This document shows positions 29,149-38,811 of a stretch of DNA of 64,000 bases, piece by piece. How positions within the stretch are numbered: position 1 is the first letter of the stretch; each line of letters opens with the position of its first letter. The DNA is from Alphaproteobacteria bacterium (GTDB lineage: Bacteria; Pseudomonadota; Alphaproteobacteria; JAAXGF01), in contig CAUVXB020000002.1 in the NCBI GenBank assembly GCA_963555825.3, positions 2,560,001 to 2,624,000 on the forward strand. The letters are read 5' to 3'. A program made the translations under genes and the position numbers. The notes beneath the pieces were generated by a model. It was not told where the DNA came from and made no database searches. It saw only the letters and a list, made by a program, of their open reading frames with translations.

Positions 29149-30071
29149 CGCCCGCCGCCCATTCGCACCGGATCGCGGCGGAGTTCCTGTGACAGGCAAT
29201 GGACGCCGCCGCCGCCGTGCTGAAACATCGACATGTCGGGCGCATAGACCTCGAAGCCGAGCGCCTCGAGCCGCGCGTTGAGATCGGCGTTGCTGGCCAT
29301 CGACAGGATGCGCTTGTCGCCCAACGGCACGACGTTGCACCCCAGGCGCACGCACTCGCGGTAGCCGACCGGCACCATCTCGATGCCGCGCGCCTCCAAG
29401 GCGTCGGTGACGTAATCCTCGAGCGCGTCCTTGCACACCACGGCCGTCTTCTCGGCGATCATCACGACGAGCGCGTCCATATGCACGAAATGCGCCGGGA
29501 TGGCGACGGTCAGCGCCTCCCAGCCTTCCGCCTCGACCCAGCGCGCGACCTGCATGGCGCCGACCTCTTCCGAGCGCTCGCCGCCATAGCCGAGCAGCAC
29601 GAAGCCGGGTTCGACGATGTCGAAATCGCCACCCTCGAAGTGAGCCGCGGTGACCCAGTGCCAGATCGGGATGCCGGCGCGCCGGTAGAACTCGGCGACC
29701 AGCGCGTAGTCGCGCCGCCGATACGGCGTCTGAATGCTGGTGATCAGCGCGCCCCACGGCGTCATGGCGCTCGAATCGCGCGCATAGACGCTGCACGGCA
29801 GGCCCTCGTCGGCGTCGAGGAAGTGGGTGCGCACGCCGGCGCCGTGGTAGATGTCGACCATCTCGCGGTGCTGGCGCATGGCGAGCTGCTGGTCGAACTG
29901 GATGCCGAGGGTGTCGAGGTTCTCGAAGGTGCGCCGGGCGATCGCGCTGATCGGCCGCCAGCCGAAATGGTCGGGCTTGCCGAGCAACACGTCGCGCAGC
30001 ACGCCGGTCGCGTTGTCGACGCCCCAGCCGTCCGGCCAGGCCTCGCCCGGTATCGTTTCCGTCGTGCTCAT
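29145..30071 (-). CDS. Amidinotransferase / dimethylarginine dimethylaminohydrolase family protein
   Basis: VYARDS, HFEGGD, VHMD, GGGVHCL (Cys-His-Asp/Glu pentein fold). Confidence 0.85.
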   Translation of the reverse strand: MSTTETIPGEAWPDGWGVDNATGVLRDVLLGKPDHFGWRPISAIARRTFENLDTLGIQFDQQLAMRQHREMVDIYHGAGVRTHFLDADEGLPCSVYARDSSAMTPWGALITSIQTPYRRRDYALVAEFYRRAGIPIWHWVTAAHFEGGDFDIVEPGFVLLGYGGERSEEVGAMQVARWVEAEGWEALTVAIPAHFVHMDALVVMIAEKTAVVCKDALEDYVTDALEARGIEMVPVGYRECVRLGCNVVPLGDKRILSMASNADLNARLEALGFEVYAPDMSMFQHGGGGVHCLSQELRRDPVRMGGGR

Positions 30072-30098
30072 GCCATCTCTCCCAAACCGCCAACCTAT

Positions 30099-31229
30099 TT
30101 AGAAAACCGACGTCTCGATGATGTCGGCGCCGGCCTGCCGGTCGGCCAGATAGATCAGGCCGCGGTCGTCGATCGTGACGTCGTTGGAACAAACGCGCTC
30201 AAAGCCATCCGGTGGGTCGGGGATATAGTGGCCGACCTCCTCTGGCTGCGCCGGGTCCGTGAGATCGACCAGGCGCAGCCCCTGGGCGAACCAGGCGAAG
30301 GGGACGACCGGGCCATTCAGGCGTTCGGACGGCTGGTGGCAGCCGGTCATTGCCGGCTGTGGGCCGTCGTCGGCGGCGAGCGAGGCGACCTGGAAGCTCG
30401 AGATCGGCGTCGGCGCGGCCGGCTCGGTGACGTCGTAGAGCGTCACGCCGGCCGGCGGCGACGGCCACAGCTTGGCGACGTCCTCCTCGGCGACGATCAT
30501 GGCCCGTCGGCCATCGCGCGTCTCGGGCAGCACGACGCAGCTATGGGTCGGATGGGCGCGCGCGCCGCCGTTGTCGTGTTCGGCGAGCAGGGCGGGCCGC
30601 GAAGGATCGGCGATGTCGAGGATGAAGAAGCCGTGGTGCCAATAGCTGACGTGGAGCCGGTCGCCGAAGCGCAACGGGTGGTGGCAGCGCATCGACAGCG
30701 CCGCCTCGTCGGCCGGGTAGACCTCGCCGCCGGCGCGCCATTGGCCGGGCGCCCACCAGCGGCCGACCTCCCGCGGGCTCGCGGGCTCGGCGAGGTCGAG
30801 GATCATGACGATGTTGCCGACATAGCCCGCGACGGTCGGCGAGATATAGGCGAAGCGGCCGTCGAAGTCGTAGCGGTGGACGCCCTTGCCGGCGGTCGGC
30901 CACTTGGCGGCCAGGCGCGGGCGTGCCGGCTCGGTGACATCGTAGATGCCCAGGCCGCCCGTGAAATCGGCGACCTCAGCGCCGCCGACGCGCTCGTGGT
31001 TGACGATCATCAGGCCGTCCACGGCGCGCACCTTGTGCGAATGCCAGCCCGGCGGCATCTCGAGGCTGGCTAGCAGCCGGGGCGATGCCGGGTCGGCGAC
31101 GTCGTAGATCGAGGTGCCGTGGGGGGCGCGCATATGGCCGACGTAGAGCGTCTCGCCGTCGACCCAGACCTGGCCGCCGCCGGCGCAATCGATATGCCCG
31201 ATCAACCGGGTGTTCGCCGCCTCCACCAT
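30099..31229 (-). CDS. LVIVD-repeat beta-propeller protein
   Basis: Repeated IYDVADP / IYDVTEP / ILDLAEP / ILDIADP / LVDLTDP blades with many His. Confidence 0.8.
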   Translation of the reverse strand: MVEAANTRLIGHIDCAGGGQVWVDGETLYVGHMRAPHGTSIYDVADPASPRLLASLEMPPGWHSHKVRAVDGLMIVNHERVGGAEVADFTGGLGIYDVTEPARPRLAAKWPTAGKGVHRYDFDGRFAYISPTVAGYVGNIVMILDLAEPASPREVGRWWAPGQWRAGGEVYPADEAALSMRCHHPLRFGDRLHVSYWHHGFFILDIADPSRPALLAEHDNGGARAHPTHSCVVLPETRDGRRAMIVAEEDVAKLWPSPPAGVTLYDVTEPAAPTPISSFQVASLAADDGPQPAMTGCHQPSERLNGPVVPFAWFAQGLRLVDLTDPAQPEEVGHYIPDPPDGFERVCSNDVTIDDRGLIYLADRQAGADIIETSVF

Positions 31230-31296
31230 GCTGCATTCTCACACGATTCGCGGCATCGCCATCTGCTAATATGCGCCAAACCAGGGAGGACAGACG

Positions 31297-32112
31297 ATGA
31301 CACGGAAACTATTGAGCGCGATGATCGGCCTCGTTGCGGTCGGTGCGCTGATCACCGGCGCCGCCAGCGCGGCCGAGCTTCAGTGGTTCGGGCAGGCCGC
31401 CTTCAAGATCACCACGCCGGGCGGCAAGGTGATCCTGATCGACCCATTCATCACCAAGAACCCGAAGACGCCCGAGGCGCTCAAGGACCTCGCCAAGCTC
31501 GGGCCCGTCGATCTGATCCTGGTCACCCACGGCCACGGCGACCACGTCGGCGATACCGCTGCGATCGCCGAGTTGACCGGCGCCAAGGTCGCCCTGAACG
31601 CCGACATGGGCCAAACCTTCCGCACGCTCGGCATGGTGCCGGGCGGCCAGCTCATCCGTTTCAACAAGAGTGGCTCGATCCGCCCGCTCGGCGACGGCAT
31701 CACGATCACCATGGTGCACGCCGAGCACAGCTCGGAGGTCGTTCACAAGGACCCGGAGACCGGCAAACAATCGGTCCACCCGGGCGGCGAGCCCGCCGGC
31801 TACATCATCGCGTTGGAGGACGGCATGACGATCTACCATGCCGGCGACACTGGCGTGTTCGGCGACATGGCCTTCATCGGGTCGTACTACAAACCCGATG
31901 TCGCGCTGCTGCCGATCGGCGGCCACTTCACCATGGACCCGGCGCACGCGGCCTATGCGGTCAGGGAGCTGCTCAAGGTCAAGACGGTGGTGCCGATGCA
32001 CTACGGCACCTTCCCGCCGCTCAAGGGCACGCCCGAGCAGCTCGAGGCGGCGCTGAGCGGTTACGCCGCCGACGTCGTGGTCATGCAGCCGGGCGAGGTC
32101 CGCGACTTCTAG
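31297..32112 (+). CDS. Metallo-beta-lactamase-fold hydrolase (UPF0173-like), exported
   Basis: Signal peptide; ILIDPF, THGHGDH, YHAGDT, LPIGGHFTM, PMHYGTFP. Confidence 0.9.
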   Translation: MTRKLLSAMIGLVAVGALITGAASAAELQWFGQAAFKITTPGGKVILIDPFITKNPKTPEALKDLAKLGPVDLILVTHGHGDHVGDTAAIAELTGAKVALNADMGQTFRTLGMVPGGQLIRFNKSGSIRPLGDGITITMVHAEHSSEVVHKDPETGKQSVHPGGEPAGYIIALEDGMTIYHAGDTGVFGDMAFIGSYYKPDVALLPIGGHFTMDPAHAAYAVRELLKVKTVVPMHYGTFPPLKGTPEQLEAALSGYAADVVVMQPGEVRDF

Positions 32113-32268
32113 CGCATTGTGCGGCCATCTTTACGCCGTAAAGATGACCTGCGCTCAATCGCCGCGCATGCCAATCTTTATCCCACAAGGACTGGCCGAA
32201 CGGTCGGCGGCCCGCAGTCGCGGGCTGGCATAATCCGTTCGATTTCAATCGATCGGATTATGCACTAG
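32109..32268. repeat. CTAG-bounded palindromic intergenic element, copy 1
   Basis: Ends ctagcgcat / atgcactag; two internal hairpins; about 75-bp core shared with 42068-42192. Confidence 0.7.
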
Positions 32269-33446
32269 TGTCCTGATCGATAAATTGATATGATTATGTC
32301 TCTATTTGTTTTTAGGAGGCGCGATTGATGGCGAGAGTGGCGGTGACGATCTCTTTGAGCGATGACGAGCGCGCCGAATTGGAGGCGCTGTCTCGTCGTC
32401 GCAAGACGTCGCAGGGGCTTGCGCGGCGGGCTCGGATCGTCTTGGCGGCGGCGGAAGGGTTGGAGAACAAGGAGATCGCCGTTCGTCTCGAGGCGAGCGC
32501 GGACACCGTGGGCAAGTGGCGTCGCCGCTATGCGGCGGAGGGCCTCGACGGTCTGTACGACGAACCCCGCCCCGGCGCGCCGCGTCAAATCGGCGATGAC
32601 GCCATCGCGGAAGCGGTCCGGCTGACGCTGGAAGAGACGCCGCCGGACGCGACCCATTGGAGCCTTCGCTCGATGGCGCGGGCGAGCGGCCACGCGCCCT
32701 CGACCATTCATCGCATCTGGCGGGCCTTCGGCTTGCAGCCGCATCGCTCGGAGACCTTCAAGCTGTCGAGCGATCCCTTCTTCGTGGAGAAGGTCCGCGA
32801 CATCGTCGGTCTGTATTTGGCGCCGCCGGATCGTGCCCTGGTTCTCTGTGTCGACGAAAAGAGCCAGATCCAGGCCCTGGACCGTTCCCAGCCCCTCTTG
32901 CCGATGCGCCCCGGGCAGGCGGAGCGGCGCAGCCACGACTACAAGCGCCACGGCACGACCTCTCTCTTCGCGGCCCTCGACATCGCCACGGGAGAGATCA
33001 TCGGCAAATGTTTCCCGCGCCATCGGGCCCGAGAGTTCCGCAAATTCCTCGACCTCGTCGAGGCGAACGTCCCTGCTGATCTCGACATCCACATCGTCAT
33101 GGACAACTACGGGACCCACAAGACCAAGGCGATCCGCGACTGGTTCGCCAAACGGCCGCGCTGGCAGGCCCATTTCACACCCACCAGCGCCTCCTGGCTG
33201 AACCAGGTCGAGCGCTGGTTCGGGCTGCTGACCGACAAGCAGATCAGGCGCGGCGTCCATCGCTCCACCAAGGAGTTGGAGCGCACCATCCTCGACTACA
33301 TCGACACGACAAACCAGAACCCCAAACCCTTCAAATGGACCAAATCCGCCGATGACATCCTCGGCGCCATCCAGCGCTTCTGCCTCCGAACAATCGAAAT
33401 CGCTGAACAGCAGGCGAAAATCATGCGAACTTCGGAATCGGGACAC
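32268..33446 (+). mobile_element. IS630-family insertion sequence, copy 2 (inverted relative to copy 1)
   Basis: Same ends and TA/CTAG flanks; identical protein. Confidence 0.93.
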
Positions 33447-33449
33447 TAG
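32325..33449 (+). CDS. IS630 family transposase
   Basis: Translation identical to 22649-23773. Confidence 0.95.
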   Translation: MMARVAVTISLSDDERAELEALSRRRKTSQGLARRARIVLAAAEGLENKEIAVRLEASADTVGKWRRRYAAEGLDGLYDEPRPGAPRQIGDDAIAEAVRLTLEETPPDATHWSLRSMARASGHAPSTIHRIWRAFGLQPHRSETFKLSSDPFFVEKVRDIVGLYLAPPDRALVLCVDEKSQIQALDRSQPLLPMRPGQAERRSHDYKRHGTTSLFAALDIATGEIIGKCFPRHRAREFRKFLDLVEANVPADLDIHIVMDNYGTHKTKAIRDWFAKRPRWQAHFTPTSASWLNQVERWFGLLTDKQIRRGVHRSTKELERTILDYIDTTNQNPKPFKWTKSADDILGAIQRFCLRTIEIAEQQAKIMRTSESGH

Positions 33450-34999
33450 TCCTCGCCCGGGCCGTCGCGCTCCGGGGCGTCGCGCCAGGGCAGCCGGGCG
33501 CGCCGCTCGGTGCCGTAGAGCGTGCCGAGGTTGCGGATGTAGTCGCGCGCCGGATCGCGCGCCGGGCGGTAGTCCCAGAGGCTGCGCTCACCCGTCATCA
33601 GCGCCTCGTGCACCAGGCGCCGGCGGCGCTGGCTGGCGATGATGTCTTCGGTCAGCGCCGGGGCGTCCCATTGGCGCGCGACCTCGGCCGCCAACTCGCG
33701 CTCGATCCCGGCGTGCGCGGCATCGCCGGCCAGGTTGTGAAGCTCGTCGGGGTCGGCGGCCAGGTCGTAAAGCTGCGGCGGATCGGCCGGCGAGGCGACG
33801 TATTTGTGCGGCCCGCGCAGGACCATGAAGATCGGCGCCAGCGCGACCTCGGCGGTGTATTCGCCGTACACCGTGTCGTTCCAGCCGGCCGCGTCGCCAT
33901 CGAGCAGCGGGACCAGGCTGTGGCCGTCGACCGGCGCGGCGCGCTCGGGTACCGCGCCGCCGGCGAGATCGAGGAATGTCGGGAACAGATCGACCAGCGA
34001 GACGTTGCGCACCACGCGGCGCGCCGCGCGGCCCGGCGCGGCGACGATCAGCGGCACGCGCGCGGATGGCTCGAAGAAGCTCATCTTGTACCAAAGTCCG
34101 CGCTCGCCGAGCGTGTCGCCGTGGTCCGAGGTGAGCACCACGACGGTGTCGTCGGCCAGGCCGCAGGCGTCGAGCGCCGCCGTCAGCTCGCCGATCTTGT
34201 CGTCGACGTAGGAGATCATGCCGTAATAGGCGTGGCGCGCATTGCGCACGTGGTCGTCGGTCACGCGGTAGCGCCCGCGGTCGTAGTTCTCGTAAAGCCG
34301 CCGGCTGTGCGGGTCGCGCTCGGACACCGGAATGGGGCCGACGCGCGGCGCATCGATCGCGTCGTGGTCATAGCGGTCCCAGTGTTCCCGGGTCGTCGTA
34401 TAGGGGTCGTGCGGGTGGCTGAACGAGACCATCAGGAAGAACGGCCGGTCGTCGTCCTCTCTCGCGAGGTCGTAGATTTTGCGCGTCGCGGCGAAGGCGA
34501 CCTCGTCGTCGTAGTCGATCTGCAGGCTGCGCTCGCAAGGGCCGGCCTCGACCACGTTGAGTATGTCGTGGAACCATTCGAGCCGCCCGTCTGGCGCCTG
34601 CCAGTCGGGCGTCCAGCCGAAGTCGGCCGGGTAGATGTCGGTGGTCAGCCGTTGCTCGAAGCCGTGCAGCTGGTCGGGGCCGACGAAATGCATCTTGCCG
34701 GCGCAGGCCGTGCGATAGCCGGCGAGCCGCAGGTAATGCGCGAAGGATGGGATCTCGGCCGGGTATTCGGCGGCGTTATCGTACGCGCCGATGCGCGTCG
34801 CGAGCCGACCGGTCAAGAGCGAGAAGCGCGACGGCGCGCAGATCGGAAAGTTGCAATAGGCCGCGTCGAACACCGCGCCGCGCGCCGCCAGCGCGTCGAT
34901 ATGGGGCGCCGCGACCAGCGGGTGGCCATAGGCCGGCAGCGCTTTCGCCGCCATCTGATCGGCCATGACGAACAGGAAATTGGGCCGCTTGCCGGGCAT
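33446..34999 (-). CDS. betC: Choline-sulfatase
   Basis: [15 protein letters not shown] formylglycine motif, [53 protein letters not shown]. Confidence 0.9.
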   Translation of the reverse strand: MPGKRPNFLFVMADQMAAKALPAYGHPLVAAPHIDALAARGAVFDAAYCNFPICAPSRFSLLTGRLATRIGAYDNAAEYPAEIPSFAHYLRLAGYRTACAGKMHFVGPDQLHGFEQRLTTDIYPADFGWTPDWQAPDGRLEWFHDILNVVEAGPCERSLQIDYDDEVAFAATRKIYDLAREDDDRPFFLMVSFSHPHDPYTTTREHWDRYDHDAIDAPRVGPIPVSERDPHSRRLYENYDRGRYRVTDDHVRNARHAYYGMISYVDDKIGELTAALDACGLADDTVVVLTSDHGDTLGERGLWYKMSFFEPSARVPLIVAAPGRAARRVVRNVSLVDLFPTFLDLAGGAVPERAAPVDGHSLVPLLDGDAAGWNDTVYGEYTAEVALAPIFMVLRGPHKYVASPADPPQLYDLAADPDELHNLAGDAAHAGIERELAAEVARQWDAPALTEDIIASQRRRRLVHEALMTGERSLWDYRPARDPARDYIRNLGTLYGTERRARLPWRDAPERDGPGED

Positions 35000-35143
35000 C
35001 GCGTATCCTCGTGGTTTTGCGCGTACATAGCACGACGCGGCGCGGGCGCAAGCGGCGAATCCGCGCGTGGCGATCGGCGCCGGCGCGCCGCGGCGGCCCG
35101 GCCCGGCGGGACACTGGCGGGTCCCGGGGCAATGCCCCGGCGG

Positions 35144-35872
35144 TTATTCCCGAGCGCCGGCTTGCTCGAGAAGCCGGATGATCTCCCGGTAACCGCCGAC
35201 GTCCAGTTGGGTCGAGGCGAGGGATTCATGTATGAACGCCGCCCTCATCAGCGCGGTCGAGCCGAAGTCGCTCTCGGCGTTCACGTCGGCGCCGGCGGCC
35301 AGCAGCGCCTCGACGGTCTTGGCGTGTCCACCGAACGCGGCGAGGATAAGCGCGGTCTCGCCGATGTCGGTTCGCGCATCGACGTCGACGCCCTGGCCGA
35401 GCAGGGTTCGCACGCCAGCCGCGTCGCCGATCCTCGCCGCATCGAGCAGCATGGCCGCCGTTCCGCCGGTCAAGCGGGACGCGAAGTCGTCGTTCGTCGC
35501 CCCGCGGTTGCGCTGATAGAACTGTTTGGCCGCCGCGATTTCGCTCGCCGGCAATCCGGATACGTCGATGTCGCCGACAGAGTGCAGTTCGCATTCGTAT
35601 TTCACGTCGTACGAGGCCGCCTTGTCGTCGCAGGCCTTGGTCGCCCTGCGGACTGCCTCATCGACGGTCCGGCCGGCAAACGCGTAGCCCAACGCCTTGT
35701 CGTGTTTGCCCGTTGTCCGCGAAATGGTGAACGCGCGATAATGCGGGCGGCTCTTGTAGTCCTGATAGCTGTAATAGGCCCATGACGGCACCGCCCCGGC
35801 GTTGCCGTCGGCGACGGCAACCAACGCCAGTGAAATGACGCATAGCGACCCCAAGAGCCGCCGCCCGTTCAT
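35144..35872 (-). CDS. Secreted protein with a Cys-containing N-terminal domain and C-terminal ankyrin repeats
   Basis: Signal peptide; GETALILAAFGGH..TVEALLAAGADVNA, GSTALMRAA; N-terminal GYAF..TVDEAVRRATKAC...C resembles DUF4189-like domains. Confidence 0.82.
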   Translation of the reverse strand: MNGRRLLGSLCVISLALVAVADGNAGAVPSWAYYSYQDYKSRPHYRAFTISRTTGKHDKALGYAFAGRTVDEAVRRATKACDDKAASYDVKYECELHSVGDIDVSGLPASEIAAAKQFYQRNRGATNDDFASRLTGGTAAMLLDAARIGDAAGVRTLLGQGVDVDARTDIGETALILAAFGGHAKTVEALLAAGADVNAESDFGSTALMRAAFIHESLASTQLDVGGYREIIRLLEQAGARE

Positions 35873-36009
35873 GGCCAGCCCCCGTCGTGACGCGATGACC
35901 GGCAGTCTACGCCCATCGCTCCTCGATGGATACGCTGGCGAAATACCCAGATGACTGCCAATACGATGAAGGCGAAGACAATGGGTCCTACGATCGTCGG
36001 GTCCATCAT
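35869..36009 (-). CDS. 46-aa single-pass membrane peptide absent from the ORF track
   Basis: Manual translation MMDPTIVGPIVFAFIVLAVIWVFRQRIHRGAMGVDCRSSRHDGGWP; starts 12 nt after the NB-ARC stop; its TGA overlaps the ankyrin gene ATG (ATGA). Confidence 0.55.
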   Translation of the reverse strand: MMDPTIVGPIVFAFIVLAVIWVFRQRIHRGAMGVDCRSSRHDGGWP

Positions 36010-36021
36010 CCCGTCCCGTTC

Positions 36022-38811
36022 CTAATCGTCGCTCTTGAGCCGCGCCAAGCCGGCGCGCACCTCGTCGACATGGGGCGACTCGTTTTCCTCGAAGATTATC
36101 AAGGCCTCCTGGAGCCGTGTGATGGCTTGGCCACGTTCGCCAGCCTTAGCCAGTTCACAGCCGAGGTTGTACAGGCCAGTACCTTCGCAGCGCCAGTTGC
36201 CGATCTCGCGGGCGATTTCAATTTGTTGCTCATAGAACTCGATGGCGCGGCGGGTCTCGCCGAGGGCCGCATAGGCCAAGCCCAGATTGCCCAGGTACTG
36301 TCCCTCGCCCAACCGGTCGCCGATCTCGCGGGCGATCACCAAATCCTGCTCGTAGAACTCGATGGCGCGGCGGGTCTCGCCGAGGGCCGCATAGGCCACG
36401 CCCAGACTGCCCAGCGCGGCGCCTTCGCCGCGCCGGTCGCCGATCTCGCGGGTAATCTCCAATTGTTGCTCGTGGAACTCGGTGGCGCGGTGGTGCTCGC
36501 CGAGGACCGCGTAGGCCAAGCCCAGATTGCCCAGCGCGTTGCCTTCGCCGCGCCGGTCGCCGATCTCGCGGGCGATCTCCAAATTCTGTTCATAGAACTC
36601 GATGGCGCGGCGGGTCTCGCCGAGGTCCGCATAGGCAGCGCCCAAATGGCCGATCGCGCTGCCTTCGCCGCGCCGGTCGCCGAGCTCGCGGGCGATTTCC
36701 AGCTGTTGCTCGAAGAACTCGATGGCGCGGCGGAACTCGCCGAGGGCCGCATAGGCAGTGCCCAGACAGCCCAGCGCGTTGCCTTCGCTGCGCCGGTCGC
36801 CGATCTCGCGGGTGATCTCCAAATGTTGTTCATGGAACTCGATGGCACGGCGGGTCTCGCCGAGGGTCTGATAGGCCAAGCCCAGATTGCCCAGCGTGGC
36901 GCCTTCGCCACGCCGGTCGCCGATGTCACGAGAGACCTTCAAAGCCTGCTCATGGATCTCGATGGCGCGGCGGGTCTCGCCGAGGTCCCAATAGGCAATG
37001 CCCAGATTGCCGAGCGAGTCGCCTTCACTGAGCCGGTCGCCAAGGTCACGAAAGATATCCAAAGCCTGCTCGTGGAATTCGATGGCGCGGCGGGTTTCGC
37101 TGAGGGCCGCATAGGCCAAGCCCAGATTGCCCAGCGAGACGCCTTCCATACCGCGATCCTGCAACCGCCGCGCCGCCCCAACCGATGCCTTCAACCAGCC
37201 GATACGCGCCTGCGCATGCAGACGCAGGTTCAGCACATAGATCCCCGCGTTCGGGTAACGGCCACAAGCGCGCGCCGCCGTACCATCGTCCGGGGCGGTG
37301 CGGGCCGCCCAGGCCTGGCCCGCCTCGATGTTGCGCCACTCAAGGTCGAACAGCGCCAGACCCTCGGTGATCCCGTCGTCCCCTCGCAGGTAAATCTCTT
37401 GCGCGGACCCTAGCACTGCCAGATAGTGCTCCGCATGGCGCGCCGCCGCCTGCTGCTCAATCGGCGCAAGCGCGGCCAGTTCCGCCTCCGCGAGGTCGGC
37501 GCCGCGCGCCACGTCGCGCATCAGGTCGTGCAGCCGGTACCGCGCGGAGTCCTCGTCGAACAGCACCATGCTGCGCCCGACCAGCGCACTCAGCCCGTCG
37601 CGCGCTTCGTCGGTCGGAACATCCCACACCGCCGCCACCGCGGCGCGCTCGAAGTCTCCGACAAACACCCCCAGCATCCGCCATCGCGCCGCCAGATCCG
37701 ACCGATCGCGCGCCAGCTGCGCTACGCTCAGACCCAAGGATGCCAACACATCGAGCGCCACATCCCCCTCGATCCGCAGCCGCCTTAGCCGCTCGCGCTC
37801 GTCGGACAATGCCGCCAGATACTCGGCCACCGACCAGTCACGGTGCAGATTGAGAAACGCCCCCGCGACCCGCAGTGCAAGCGGCAACCGGCCGCAGGCA
37901 ACCGGAAGCCCGGCCAGCTCCGCGTCGCTCACCCTGTCCGGGCCCAGGATGGCGCCCAGCAGCCCCTGCGCCTCGCTCCCGCTCAACGTATCCAGGTTGA
38001 ACGAGCGAACCCCGTCGAGCGCGATCCCCCGGCGCGAGGTCATGATCGCCGCGCAGGGCGGCGGCGGCATCAGCGGGCGCACCTGGTCCCCGTCCGAAGC
38101 ATTGTCCAGGATGATCAGCGCGCGTTTGTCGGACAGCAGGCCGCGATAGAGCGCCGCCACCGCGTCCGGCTCGTCGGGCAGCCGGGCGCCGGGCTCGAAG
38201 CCGTGGATCACCCGCTCCATCGCCGCCGCCGGCTCGAGCGGCGCATCCGAGGTGCCGGCCATGTCGACCACCAGCTGGCCGTCGGGATAACGGTCGGCCA
38301 GGCGGTGCGCGACATGGACCGCCAGCGCCGACTTGCCGATCCCGCCCATGCCGCCGATCGCGCTGATCGACGCGGCCGCGCCATCGCCCGACAGCAGCGC
38401 CTCCAGCTCGGCCACTTCCCGCTCGCGACCGGCAAAGTCGGCGAGGTCCGCCGGCAACTGCCGGCGCGATGAAATGACCTTTTCTGCGTCGGGGGCCTCA
38501 AAAATCTGGACGGTATCCGCAACAACGGTCCGATCTCCGGTTATGACCTTCGACCCGGCGATGTCGCCGCCCGCCGCGACGCCGCGATCGCCCGTCTGCT
38601 CGATTTTGGGGGTTTCCGGGGTTTGATCGGGCGGCGCTTTGTCCGCCTTCGCCTCCAGGCCAATGTCCCTCGGTCGCTCGGCGCCGTTCTTGGCTCTCCT
38701 GCCGGAGAAATGCTTGTACGCCACCCAAGCGCCACCGATGCCTGCCAAAGCGACTGGAACGACAACGCTGAGTGGGTCGACATTTTCAGTTATCCAATGC
38801 CACAAGTCCAT
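36022..38811 (-). CDS. NLR-like STAND NTPase: N-terminal TM helix, NB-ARC domain, TPR repeats
   Basis: QLPADLADFAGRE, GMGGIGKS (Walker A), LIILDNA (Walker B), TSR, CGRLPLAL, YRLHDLMR; C-terminal 40-aa TPR repeats. Confidence 0.92.
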   Translation of the reverse strand: MDLWHWITENVDPLSVVVPVALAGIGGAWVAYKHFSGRRAKNGAERPRDIGLEAKADKAPPDQTPETPKIEQTGDRGVAAGGDIAGSKVITGDRTVVADTVQIFEAPDAEKVISSRRQLPADLADFAGREREVAELEALLSGDGAAASISAIGGMGGIGKSALAVHVAHRLADRYPDGQLVVDMAGTSDAPLEPAAAMERVIHGFEPGARLPDEPDAVAALYRGLLSDKRALIILDNASDGDQVRPLMPPPPCAAIMTSRRGIALDGVRSFNLDTLSGSEAQGLLGAILGPDRVSDAELAGLPVACGRLPLALRVAGAFLNLHRDWSVAEYLAALSDERERLRRLRIEGDVALDVLASLGLSVAQLARDRSDLAARWRMLGVFVGDFERAAVAAVWDVPTDEARDGLSALVGRSMVLFDEDSARYRLHDLMRDVARGADLAEAELAALAPIEQQAAARHAEHYLAVLGSAQEIYLRGDDGITEGLALFDLEWRNIEAGQAWAARTAPDDGTAARACGRYPNAGIYVLNLRLHAQARIGWLKASVGAARRLQDRGMEGVSLGNLGLAYAALSETRRAIEFHEQALDIFRDLGDRLSEGDSLGNLGIAYWDLGETRRAIEIHEQALKVSRDIGDRRGEGATLGNLGLAYQTLGETRRAIEFHEQHLEITREIGDRRSEGNALGCLGTAYAALGEFRRAIEFFEQQLEIARELGDRRGEGSAIGHLGAAYADLGETRRAIEFYEQNLEIAREIGDRRGEGNALGNLGLAYAVLGEHHRATEFHEQQLEITREIGDRRGEGAALGSLGVAYAALGETRRAIEFYEQDLVIAREIGDRLGEGQYLGNLGLAYAALGETRRAIEFYEQQIEIAREIGNWRCEGTGLYNLGCELAKAGERGQAITRLQEALIIFEENESPHVDEVRAGLARLKSDD
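36190..37140. repeat. About 8 highly similar 120-bp tandem repeats encoding TPR units
   Basis: gatggcgcggcgggtctcgccgagg-like unit recurs at 36241, 36361, 36481, 36601, 36721, 36841, 36961 and 37081. Confidence 0.92.

Noticed and set aside
26647-30192. 1181-aa minus-strand ORF
   Set aside because: Antisense or out-of-frame shadow of the TPR-CHAT and amidinotransferase genes; Arg/Gly/Ala-rich with no motifs, typical of high-GC DNA
23831-32267. Segment delivered as an IS630 composite transposon
   Set aside because: The HxlR regulator and its likely divergent target straddle copy 1, and copy 2 sits in a pre-existing repeat/stop-codon junction, which favours independent insertions
33608-35785. 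725-aa plus-strand ORF
   Set aside because: Antisense shadow of betC and the ankyrin gene
36190-37140. Possible CRISPR array or DGR template
   Set aside because: Units are contiguous in-frame coding repeats without unique spacers; no cas or reverse transcriptase gene; variation is not adenine-specific
35926-37413. 495-aa repetitive plus-strand ORF
   Set aside because: Mirror of the 120-bp TPR repeats of the NB-ARC gene
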